NCBI GenBank assembly: GCA_041740355.1
Contig: JBGSMD010000063.1
Location: forward strand, 32,001-96,000
Source: Bdellovibrionota bacterium
GTDB taxonomy: Bacteria; Bdellovibrionota_C; UBA2361; CALJRW01
DNA length: 64,000 nt
Direction: 5' to 3'
Below, in pieces: positions 30,213-38,731 of the stretch (within the stretch, counting starts at the first letter, position 1; every line of letters starts with the position of its first letter). The notes under the pieces are model-generated. The model did not search any database and was not told where the DNA came from. It was given only the letters and a program-made list of their open reading frames with translations. A program made the position numbers and the translations under genes.

Positions 30213-31148
30213 ATGCCGATTGCCTTTAGCCCGCAAACTGCTGGTTTTACTTATCCTGATGAATTCTTGGGGGCAAATCTACCGCGTCCAGCTTACCACT
30301 TAGAAGCGTCTGCTTTCCAGCCGCAACCAAGTCAAAATCAACAATCCTGTTGTCCAAGTTATATTTTTCAAAACATCCTTACTTTCGAATCCCTTCCTGC
30401 TATTGATTTAGAACAAGAACACAAGATTAGATTAATCGTGCCAACCGAAAAGATTACTTTCACAGGTCATCAATCTTATGGCCAAATTGAAATTATCGGA
30501 CAAGTTCATACTATTTATAATGAGGACACTCCAACCCTCAAGAAAATTGGAATCTGTCAGGAACAAGTCCTGCTTCATCTTCAAGCTAGAGCAACACAAA
30601 CAATTTTCGTTGAGGGACTTTGGAAAGATTTTCCCGCCCAGACCTACTCTCAAAGTCAATTTTCAGAATTTTGTTTCTACTTACTACCGAATGAGCATGC
30701 CAAAAATCATCAGCCACAAAACTTCAGCGGATTTATCAAAAACCTATTTCAGAACTTTCAGCCAGGTGCAGAATTTACTGAAGAACAAAAACTTTACTTG
30801 GGATTAATTGGAGCTCCTTATATTTACGCAATTTGTAATCCACAAGTTAGTTTAATGAAAACTATCTCATCTGAAGATGATTTGAGAATTCCTAAGCTGA
30901 TTGAACAGCATAAAAACAACTCAGAGACGGTTCATTTTTTACGTTTTGAATTACGAGAATACCTCGCGCTTCAAGAGGCAAAGAATTATCTAGAACGAAA
31001 CCCAGGGACTAGAGTTTCCATTGTCTACGGAAGCAGTCATGAGTTTCTCCCTCAGGCAGATAAGGTATTTCGTCAAAACACTCCAATAATTACCACCGTT
31101 AAATGGAGCTCGCTAGAAAACAAGCTAGGGTGGGACAATGCCGCCTAG
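30213..31148 (+). CDS. Hypothetical protein, possible TraB/TIKI/EreA/ChaN-superfamily fold
   Basis: Ordered motifs IGQVH, IFVEG, LRE, IVYGSSH. Confidence 0.5.
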   Translation: MPIAFSPQTAGFTYPDEFLGANLPRPAYHLEASAFQPQPSQNQQSCCPSYIFQNILTFESLPAIDLEQEHKIRLIVPTEKITFTGHQSYGQIEIIGQVHTIYNEDTPTLKKIGICQEQVLLHLQARATQTIFVEGLWKDFPAQTYSQSQFSEFCFYLLPNEHAKNHQPQNFSGFIKNLFQNFQPGAEFTEEQKLYLGLIGAPYIYAICNPQVSLMKTISSEDDLRIPKLIEQHKNNSETVHFLRFELREYLALQEAKNYLERNPGTRVSIVYGSSHEFLPQADKVFRQNTPIITTVKWSSLENKLGWDNAA

Positions 31149-31181
31149 TTTTAAGTAATCCGTTAAAAGTGAATTTCAGCT

Positions 31182-31210
31182 GACAACCTTTCCGACACTC
31201 CAGTCGTCTA
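31182..31210 (+). promoter_or_regulatory. ECF-type promoter, probably autoregulatory
   Basis: GACAAC-N17-CGTCTA immediately upstream of the ECF sigma gene. Confidence 0.6.
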
Positions 31211-31228
31211 GTAAAATGAAGTCAATAC

Positions 31229-31690
31229 ATGAACTATAATCAACTGGTCGAAGAGCATTACGAAGCGGTATATAGATTTTGTTATTATTTTATGGGTTCT
31301 AAGCAAGATGCTGAAGACCTGACTCAAGAAGTCTTCATAAAAGCTAATAAAAAACTATCAACACTGCAATCAGAGTCCTCAGCTAAAAGCTGGTTACTTC
31401 AGATTGCCCGCAACAAGTGTATCGACCGGAAACGTTGGTGGAAAAGACTCTTTGCTTTAAAGGAGCAAGTTGGTGCAATCCAACTACAGAGCAGTCACTC
31501 TCCAGATATGAAAATCATGTTGGAGAAAGCACTGAACTTGCTTTCTGCTAGGCAAAAAGAAGTTTTCATTTGTAGACATTTTATGGACTACAGCACAGAA
31601 CAAACCGCGGAGCTTCTAGGAATTAATTCCGGGAGTGTAAAATCTCACCTGAGTCGCGCAATTGAAAAAATGAGTAAGGAATTGGAATAA
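31229..31690 (+). CDS. ECF RNA polymerase sigma factor
   Basis: DAEDLTQEVF, SWLLQIARNKCID, region 4 TAELLGINSGSVKSHLSRA. Confidence 0.93.
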   Translation: MNYNQLVEEHYEAVYRFCYYFMGSKQDAEDLTQEVFIKANKKLSTLQSESSAKSWLLQIARNKCIDRKRWWKRLFALKEQVGAIQLQSSHSPDMKIMLEKALNLLSARQKEVFICRHFMDYSTEQTAELLGINSGSVKSHLSRAIEKMSKELE

Positions 31691-31695
31691 ATTAG

Positions 31696-32061
31696 ATGGA
31701 TAATGAATTAAAAGAGATTTGGAAAAATCATTTAAGTCCGAAAAAGCTAGAGCAACTAGAAATAGAATTAGCTGACGTAAAACACATTACTGTTCCAGTA
31801 AATCTAAAAGTTAAACTTACTAACATTAAACGACCTAACTATTCTTTTCGCTATTCAGCTCTTGCACTTTCTGCGACTTGTATATTGATGTTGGTAATTT
31901 TTAATTTTAAACCTCAGGAAAATTATCAGGCAAGTTTAAGTTCCCCAAGAAACTCTTCGGAAAAAACAGAGCTTGATTCATTACTTAATTTCTATCTGGA
32001 AGATGACAATTTTAACTTTACACTTAGCGAGCTAAGTATTTTAGACGAAGAGGAACAATGA
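31696..32061 (+). CDS. Putative single-pass anti-sigma factor
   Basis: Directly after the ECF sigma; one central TM helix. Confidence 0.65.
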   Translation: MDNELKEIWKNHLSPKKLEQLEIELADVKHITVPVNLKVKLTNIKRPNYSFRYSALALSATCILMLVIFNFKPQENYQASLSSPRNSSEKTELDSLLNFYLEDDNFNFTLSELSILDEEEQ

Positions 32062-32507
32062 AAAAACTAATCCTAATTTTAATAGTGCTACTGACAATGG
32101 CTCCATTTGCCTTCGCTGAAGATTGGAACCGCAAGGGACCTCCAAAATTTGAGGGCAAATTTGATCCTGAGGATAAAGAAATTTATGCTCTGATGAAAGA
32201 TAAACATCAAGACATGATGAAAGAGATGGAGCAAATGATGGAAGAGCGAAAAAAACTAGGGGAGCTACTACGAAATCCAGAGACAAGTGATGAACAGATT
32301 CGTACACAATCTAAAGTTATTAACGATCAAATGCTAGCGATTAATAACAAAAGAACTGATGACATACTAAGCCTTAGAAAGAAACTTCCACCGGAAAAAT
32401 TTAAAAAGCTCTTAGATCGCTTTGATGAAAAAAGAGATGAAATGCGTGATAAATTTAAAGGTAAATTTGATCGCTTTGGTAAAAATTCTCATTCCAAAAA
32501 CAATTAA
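32058..32507 (+). CDS. Periplasmic Spy/CpxP/heavy-metal-sensor family protein
   Basis: Signal peptide ending AFA, Met-rich helical hairpin, LRKKLPPEK (LTxxQ-like). Confidence 0.7.
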   Translation: MKKLILILIVLLTMAPFAFAEDWNRKGPPKFEGKFDPEDKEIYALMKDKHQDMMKEMEQMMEERKKLGELLRNPETSDEQIRTQSKVINDQMLAINNKRTDDILSLRKKLPPEKFKKLLDRFDEKRDEMRDKFKGKFDRFGKNSHSKNN

Positions 32508-32521
32508 TCATACCTTCCCTG

Positions 32522-32546
32522 AGGTAGGGCTTTGCCCTACCTTCTT
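32522..32546 (+). terminator. Putative intrinsic terminator
   Basis: aggtagggc-ttt-gccctacct hairpin just after the stop codon. Confidence 0.55.
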
Positions 32547-32642
32547 CCACTAAATCCTTAATAATTTATAATTATTTTCTTGTAACTAACTAATCAGACA
32601 AAACACTTATCTTTACATCTCGACTAAAAGTATCTTAGAATT

Positions 32643-32698
32643 TAGTTATCGTAACTCCAAAAAGTAATTTCCGTTGGGAATTATTTTTTGTCATAACT
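32643..32698. repeat. Family B hairpin copy
   Basis: agttat...ccaaaaagtaatttcc-gtt-gggaattattttttgtcataact. Confidence 0.7.
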
Positions 32699-32731
32699 TT
32701 AAATCAAGCCTAAACTTCTTCAAAGAGATCA

Positions 32732-33508
32732 ATGTTAAGATTCCCAAAAATATTTTTTATACTTATTAGTATTTTATTAATTAGCATAATCTCTATCGGT
32801 TGTGGTGGTATTGGTAAATTATTAAAAGCGGATCCTGCTCCACCTTCAGGATTTATTGAAAATCCAGAACATTTAAAAGAATGGCGTGACCATGCACCTT
32901 TTCATGGTATTTGGTTTCAAGACAAAGAAAAATTTGATAAGACCAGAAGCAAATTTAAAACTATTTACTTTGCACCTGTTACAACTGATTTTCTGCAAGA
33001 GCAAGGTTGGTGGAGCTCATTAAACACCGTAGACTTTGAGGCCTATCAAAAAGAATTGCAGATGCTGGCTGATTATACAAAAAAATCCATGGACAAAGCA
33101 TTTGAGAATGATCCTAACAAGGTTCAAACTGTAGTTCAAACTCCAGGAGAAGATACCATTGTCTATAAAATTGCGATTGTCGAAGTAGTTGCAACCAAAG
33201 CTCACATTAATGCCATTGGATCTGTTTTAGGCGCCGTTGTTCCTGGCGGTGGATTAGTTAAGTCTTCTGCTAAAGGTAGTATTGCCATTGAAGTAAAAGT
33301 TTATGATGGTGAGAGTAATGAACTAATGATTACCTGGGCGGATCGCGAGCAAGATCCAAGTACTATTTTTAGCTTAGCTGACTTTAGTTGTTTTGATCAT
33401 TCCAAAAAGAGTATTGATAACTGGGCGGAGCAGCTTGTGAAGCTTCACAACACCACAACAAAAGATCGCGTGGAAGACTCTTCTCCCTTCACTATTTTGC
33501 CTTATTAA
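32732..33508 (+). CDS. DUF3313-like lipoprotein
   Basis: Lipobox SIGC, SGFI, GSIAIEVKVYDG, IDNWAEQ. Confidence 0.7.
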   Translation: MLRFPKIFFILISILLISIISIGCGGIGKLLKADPAPPSGFIENPEHLKEWRDHAPFHGIWFQDKEKFDKTRSKFKTIYFAPVTTDFLQEQGWWSSLNTVDFEAYQKELQMLADYTKKSMDKAFENDPNKVQTVVQTPGEDTIVYKIAIVEVVATKAHINAIGSVLGAVVPGGGLVKSSAKGSIAIEVKVYDGESNELMITWADREQDPSTIFSLADFSCFDHSKKSIDNWAEQLVKLHNTTTKDRVEDSSPFTILPY

Positions 33509-33683
33509 CTTTTGAATCGAATCAGAGTAATAGCAACTCCTTGTACTTAAGTTGGGACCGATAAACCTCACGAAATTTATATCTTTAACCACGGTTCTAT
33601 TTTTTTTGATATTAACTACAGGCCACTAAATAGTTTGAGTTTTAAAAATTAGCTTTTAAATAGCTCCCTAAATAAATTAATTG

Positions 33684-33727
33684 AATAGAGGTTAGTCACT
33701 TTTGTTAATGACTAACCTCTATTTTTT
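33684..33727. terminator. Probable bidirectional terminator
   Basis: 15-bp stem aatagaggttagtca / tgactaacctctatt between convergent genes, with T run. Confidence 0.65.
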
Positions 33728-33759
33728 ATAATTAGTGGTCTCTAAACCACTAAAATTAA

Positions 33760-34473
33760 TTAACGGAAAAGCTTAGTTAGTTTTTCAGCATAATTACTAG
33801 AATCAGGAGAAACTCGACCTTCTAATAATGCTACTCGATCAACTTTCATTCCATAATAGGAATCAAGATCAGCTTGTTCTTTTCCAATTTTGCTTCCACC
33901 AATTGCTGCACCAGCAAATAATCCTTCAGTTCTTGTGAATGCAATTACCTTAGCAGTCTCTGTATCAACACTACTATCATAATTACCTGCTACTGCACTA
34001 AGATCCGTTCCAAGTACAAAGTCACCATTCTTTAAAGACTGAACAGCATCCTTGTTCATTAGAAATAAAACAACATCAGTTGATTTAGCGCCTACTTGTA
34101 AACCAATATTTCCTTGATTCAAGGATAGAACTGCTGGTTGACTCCACTTAGCATCAGCATTCTTACAACTTACTAGTCCAACACCATGGGCACCACCAAC
34201 TACTACTGCAGCTGTTACTACATTTGGCAAAACGGCAACACATAGTGCGTCATTTTGTATTTTCATAGGAACTTCTTTTGACTCTCCTTTGATAATTGCA
34301 GCATATACTTCTGCAGACTGATCAATCATTTTATGAAAGTGTACCAAATCTTTAATCTCTTCTTTTTTGATTTCTGCAACTTCTTCCTTGCTTACTTTTT
34401 CATGCTGTTCAGCAAAAGTAACTATTGGAAAAATTAGGGTGATTGATAAAATCAATCCAGTTATTTTATTCAT
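33760..34473 (-). CDS. Lipid-binding SYLF (Ysc84) domain protein, exported
   Basis: VGGAHGVGLVSC, WSQP, GLQVGAKSTDVV, GLFAG; signal peptide from ATG 34473 (the ORF-track start lies in the MITE end). Confidence 0.88.
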   Translation of the reverse strand: MNKITGLILSITLIFPIVTFAEQHEKVSKEEVAEIKKEEIKDLVHFHKMIDQSAEVYAAIIKGESKEVPMKIQNDALCVAVLPNVVTAAVVVGGAHGVGLVSCKNADAKWSQPAVLSLNQGNIGLQVGAKSTDVVLFLMNKDAVQSLKNGDFVLGTDLSAVAGNYDSSVDTETAKVIAFTRTEGLFAGAAIGGSKIGKEQADLDSYYGMKVDRVALLEGRVSPDSSNYAEKLTKLFR

Positions 34474-34540
34474 GATATAGGCCTTATTTATTATTAAATT
34501 TCTTGAATCACCAATTAATTCCCAGTTGCTCTTGAACGCT

Positions 34541-34792
34541 CTAGCCCGCATTGTTCATCAGTGCACGTAGCGAGGCAAGGAAGTTTGGTTTCAGTTTGGA
34601 CTAAAAAATGCGCAGTGAGACCGAGGTCTCGCGAGCATATTTTCGTTCAAAATGGAATCAAAATTCATTGCCGCAGTAGTGCCATATCGATGACACACTA
34701 TAATCTTAAACAACTTCTAAATCTCTTGTAAGTCATCGAGATTAGAAAGAAATTTTATTTCTTTCTAATCACTGATGAATTATGCGAGCTAG
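34541..34792. mobile_element. MITE-like element with CTAG-ended terminal inverted repeats
   Basis: TIR ctagcccgcattgttcatcagtg 34541-34563 vs cactgatgaattatgcgagctag 34770-34792 (20/23 match); nested internal hairpins; no ORF. Confidence 0.7.
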
Positions 34793-35032
34793 TTAAGAAT
34801 GCACAACAGTCACTAAGGACATGATAATTAAAAATAATTTCCTGAGTTAACTTTTAAAAATTAGCTGAAGTTCTATTATTTCTTGACCTACTATAATTTC
34901 TATCTTTAGTTTGCTTTATGACCTTCATCATAGGATAGGCTATTAATACTGGCTTAATCGGTCTTGCCTTTAATGAATATTGGGGGTTAATATCCTTTTT
35001 GGTTGTTTTAAACGTTATTGATCAGTAATTAA

Positions 35033-35611
35033 ATGAATAAACTAACTCGTTGTACTTGGGTCGGGACCGATAAGCCTCATTATGAAAAATACCATGACGA
35101 AGAATGGGGAGTTTCTGTGTATGACGATCGGAAATTATTTGAATTTTTGATACTAGAGAGTGCCCAAGCAGGACTTAACTGGGAAACAATTCTTAAGCGA
35201 AGGACTGGCTATAAAAAGGCTTTCTGTAATTTTGACCCTAAAAAAGTTTCTAAACTTAGCGACCATCAATTAGAGAAACTTCTCTTAAACCCTGAAATTA
35301 TACGTAATCGACTGAAGGTTTTTTCAACACGAAAAAACGCCTTAGTTTTCCTAGAAATCCAAAAAGAATTTGGCTCATTTAGCAATTATCTCTGGGCGTT
35401 CGTAAATAATCGAAAAGTTATTAATAAATGGAAGAATCTAGCCGATGCTCCAACTGAGTCTAAGGAAAGCCAGGCTATATCAAAGGATCTAAAGAAGCGC
35501 GGCATGACTTTTGTTGGTTCAACAATTATTTATGCTTATATGCAAGCAGTAGGTTTAGTAAACGATCATGTTACTGAATGCCATTGCTACAAGCGTTGTT
35601 GTAAACAGTAA
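35033..35611 (+). CDS. tag: DNA-3-methyladenine glycosylase I
   Basis: RCTW, YHDEEWG, LESAQAGL, IIRNRLK, QAVGLVNDH...C. Confidence 0.96.
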   Translation: MNKLTRCTWVGTDKPHYEKYHDEEWGVSVYDDRKLFEFLILESAQAGLNWETILKRRTGYKKAFCNFDPKKVSKLSDHQLEKLLLNPEIIRNRLKVFSTRKNALVFLEIQKEFGSFSNYLWAFVNNRKVINKWKNLADAPTESKESQAISKDLKKRGMTFVGSTIIYAYMQAVGLVNDHVTECHCYKRCCKQ

Positions 35612-35614
35612 GCT

Positions 35615-36250
35615 ATGGAAAAAGTCATTTTACTTCATGGAATCTTACTGCATGATTACAACATGTCTTCTTTAGCAAAATATCTAAAAAATAACGGCTA
35701 TGAAGTTCTAAATATTTGCTACCCTTCACGTCGGTGTCCCATAAAAGATCTAACTCAGATTGTTAAAAGTAAAATTCTCGCTGATTTTCAGTCCGATCAA
35801 AAAATTAACTTAGTTGGATTTTCCATGGGAGGTCTAATTTGGCGTTCGATCTTAGCTGAAATGCAACCTAAAAATCTTGGTCGGTTAGTGATGATAGCTA
35901 CTCCTAACCAAGGTAGTGAAGTCGCTGATGCTCTACACTTAAATCCATTTATTAGATTCCTTTTTGGTCCAGCAATTAGCGATTTGCGAACGACCGCCGC
36001 CGATCAAATTCCTAGCATTAATAATCCACAATTAGAGTTTGGAATAATTGCTGGAAACATTCCTACCTCGCCACTTTTTAGCCGATATTTCACGGAAGAA
36101 AACGATGGCAAAGTTTCAGTTGAGAGTTCGCATCACTTAGGAGAAAAAGACCATATTGTTTTGCCATTCGATCACACATTTGCACCATTTAACAAAAAAG
36201 TTCAGCAACAAACTCTACATTTCCTAAAAAACGGCAATTTTCAACATTAA
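35615..36250 (+). CDS. Alpha/beta hydrolase (lipase/esterase-like)
   Basis: LLHG, GFSMGG nucleophile elbow, TPNQGS, NDGKVSV, His near C-terminus. Confidence 0.9.
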   Translation: MEKVILLHGILLHDYNMSSLAKYLKNNGYEVLNICYPSRRCPIKDLTQIVKSKILADFQSDQKINLVGFSMGGLIWRSILAEMQPKNLGRLVMIATPNQGSEVADALHLNPFIRFLFGPAISDLRTTAADQIPSINNPQLEFGIIAGNIPTSPLFSRYFTEENDGKVSVESSHHLGEKDHIVLPFDHTFAPFNKKVQQQTLHFLKNGNFQH

Positions 36251-36308
36251 TTCTGACCATAGACTTGATATATTTGTAGATTAATTTAAAAATGCGACTT
36301 CAAATTAT

Positions 36309-36398
36309 GGAGAGGTGGCCGAGTGGTTGAAGGCGCAAGCCTGGAAAGTTTGTATACTAGAAATGGTATCGGGGGTTCGAATCCCCCTCTCTCCTCCA
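36309..36398 (+). tRNA. tRNA-Ser(GGA)
   Basis: GGAGAGGTGGCCGAGTGG...CAAGC-CT-GGA-AA-GTTTG, long variable arm, encoded CCA. Confidence 0.97.
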
Positions 36399-36632
36399 TT
36401 AACTATTCACTACGTGAATAGTTAATGGAGCGCGCCGAAGCTCCGTAGGAGCGAAGGTGGGCTGATTGAATACAAAAATTTCATAGCCACGGCGTAGTCC
36501 GTCTTTGCGGAGCAAAGACGTAACGAAGACGGGCTGTTTGCGATCAAGTTATTTTACTCCAGCAGTGATTGAAACGAGCAAGTGATTTTTGTAGCCATAA
36601 CGCAGTTCTTCTTTGTGAAGCAAAGACGAAAC
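36394..36632. repeat. tRNA-linked palindromic cluster (CGAAG/CGTAG hairpins)
   Basis: 17-bp perfect stem 36394-36430; gccgaagctccgtaggagcgaaggt; tagccacggcgtagtccgtctttgc...gcaaagacg with a degenerate copy near 36592. Confidence 0.7.
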
Positions 36633-36673
36633 CAAAACAATTGATACTTACACAAAATTATTTACAGGCTCCT

Positions 36674-38365
36674 TTATAGGACTGGTACATCCCCAGCACT
36701 AGCAGGAGTTTCATTATCACCAATATTGTTTGTATTACCATAACCGATACTACCAAACTCACCGCTACCCCAACACCTAACACTACCGGTATCCAGTAAT
36801 ACACATGTATGAATACCTCCGGCGGCTAGTTGAACCACGGTGCCACCGACATTTACATTTCCGACACTTGCTGGAGTTTCATTGTCACCAATATTATTAG
36901 TATTGCCATAGCCAAGCTGACCATTTAAGCCTCGGCCCCAACACCTAACATTTCCCGTATCTAGTAATGCACAGGTTTTCTTAAAACCAGTAGCTATCTG
37001 AACTACGGTGCCTCCGACATTTACATTTCCGACATTGGCTGGAGTTTCATTGTCACCAATATTATTAGTATTTCCATAACCAAGCTCCCCATCCGAACCT
37101 TCGCCCCAGCATCTTACATTTCCCGTATCTAGTAATGCACAGGTGTGATTCCCTGAAGCGGCCAATTGAACTACATTGCCACCAATATTCACAGCCTCAT
37201 AGATAAGAGGTCCAATAATGTCATAAGTGCCCCCATGGCCAAGTTGGCCATAATAACCATCCCCCCAACACTTAACATTTCCTGAATTAACCAAGGCACA
37301 TGTATGATTACTTCCTGCTACTATTTGAGTTACAGTTTCATTTTCAAAATTGTAATCTTGAATAATAACAGACTCAAAGTTAGCAGGAGCTTCATCGTCT
37401 CCAACATTAGTAGTATTTCCGTTGCCCAGTTGGCCATTTCGTCCATAACCCCAACATTTAACTTGTCCAGTATTTAAAAGTGCACAGGTATGATTTGAGC
37501 CAGCAGAGATTTGAGTAACAGTCCCGCCAACATTAACATCTCCAGCATTGGCAGGTGTTTCAAAGTATCCAACAGAAGCAGTACTACCATATCCAAGTAC
37601 ACCATAGTTACCACTCCCCCAACACCTAACTTTACCTGTGTCAAGTAGGGCACAGGTATGACCCCCTCCAGTAGCGATATCAACGACATTCCCGCCAACA
37701 ATTACATCCCCAACGCTTGCTGGTGTTTCATCATCTCCAATATTATAATGTACAGGAACAGTTGCATATCCAAGTTTACCAATAAACCCCTCACCCCAAC
37801 ATCTAACTGCTCCAGTATCTAGTAGAACACAAGTATGACTAAATCCTGCCGATATTTTTTGAACATCTAAAGGTATATTACATAAGTTAGAACAAGCATC
37901 GTCATTAATATTATTTCCATCATCACACTGTTCTCCAGACTGCTTGACTCCATCTCCACAAATAGGCGTTGTGCATATATTAGTACAGGAGTCCTCATTG
38001 ATCGTATTCCCATCATCACACTGTTCAGCAATATCAACATCAACTACACCATTCCCACAGGTATGATTACAAGCAACCAGTCCTGAGACATGAAGCTTCT
38101 GCATTTTTTTTGATTGATTATTATATTTATTAATTCCGGTTGAGGCGAACAACTTCTTAAAATTAGAACTTAGCTTCTTATAGGTAATAAATTTCTTTTT
38201 TTGAATCTTCCCTGGCTTCCAAGAACCATTAACGTTTTTACAAACATAATTTATACCATCCTTTTCAACGTTTACCGTCTGGGCAAAAGCCGCCCCGGAG
38301 AATAAAAATAGGCAGACTAGCAAAGATGAGAAGATAAATTGAAATGAGTTTTTCATATGGATCAT
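36674..38365 (-). CDS. Secreted RCC1/BLIP-II beta-propeller protein with Myxococcus-type Cys-rich repeats, paralogue 1
   Basis: Signal peptide (AFA), two CGxGV...EQCDDGN repeats, seven HTCALLDTGxVRCWG...GQLG-type repeats. Confidence 0.9.
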   Translation of the reverse strand: MIHMKNSFQFIFSSLLVCLFLFSGAAFAQTVNVEKDGINYVCKNVNGSWKPGKIQKKKFITYKKLSSNFKKLFASTGINKYNNQSKKMQKLHVSGLVACNHTCGNGVVDVDIAEQCDDGNTINEDSCTNICTTPICGDGVKQSGEQCDDGNNINDDACSNLCNIPLDVQKISAGFSHTCVLLDTGAVRCWGEGFIGKLGYATVPVHYNIGDDETPASVGDVIVGGNVVDIATGGGHTCALLDTGKVRCWGSGNYGVLGYGSTASVGYFETPANAGDVNVGGTVTQISAGSNHTCALLNTGQVKCWGYGRNGQLGNGNTTNVGDDEAPANFESVIIQDYNFENETVTQIVAGSNHTCALVNSGNVKCWGDGYYGQLGHGGTYDIIGPLIYEAVNIGGNVVQLAASGNHTCALLDTGNVRCWGEGSDGELGYGNTNNIGDNETPANVGNVNVGGTVVQIATGFKKTCALLDTGNVRCWGRGLNGQLGYGNTNNIGDNETPASVGNVNVGGTVVQLAAGGIHTCVLLDTGSVRCWGSGEFGSIGYGNTNNIGDNETPASAGDVPVL

Positions 38366-38439
38366 TAAAAAAAGGATTAACTAACTTGTTAGGACTCGGA
38401 TCTTCTTGTTTAATCATTAAATAATACGGCGGCAGATAA

Positions 38440-38467
38440 CTATCGACTCTTAAAGACTTAAACTTTA
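38440..38467 (-). promoter_or_regulatory. Sigma-28-like promoter
   Basis: TAAAGTTT-N12-GTCGATAG; conserved upstream of the second paralogue. Confidence 0.6.
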
Positions 38468-38676
38468 GAAATAATAATTAATGATTAGTTTGGATGAGAC
38501 AACTAAGATTTGAGATTCAAGGTAAATCTCGAAACTCTAAGTGACTTTATTCACGGTTAAAAGCTGTGTCCTGACTAAATCAGACTATTTAGTTCCTAAA
38601 AATTGCAGTTCGAAAATGGTGCCTTATAAAATAAATTTTCAAGCTACAAAATTAATATGGGACTCAAGTATCATAA

Positions 38677-38710
38677 GAAGTCTAATAGATTCTAAAAACT
38701 ATTAGACTTC
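38677..38710 (-). terminator. Hairpin downstream of RCC1 paralogue 2
   Basis: 12-bp stem gaagtctaatag / ctattagacttc. Confidence 0.5.
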
Positions 38711-38731
38711 CAACTAATAATTTCTAGTTAC

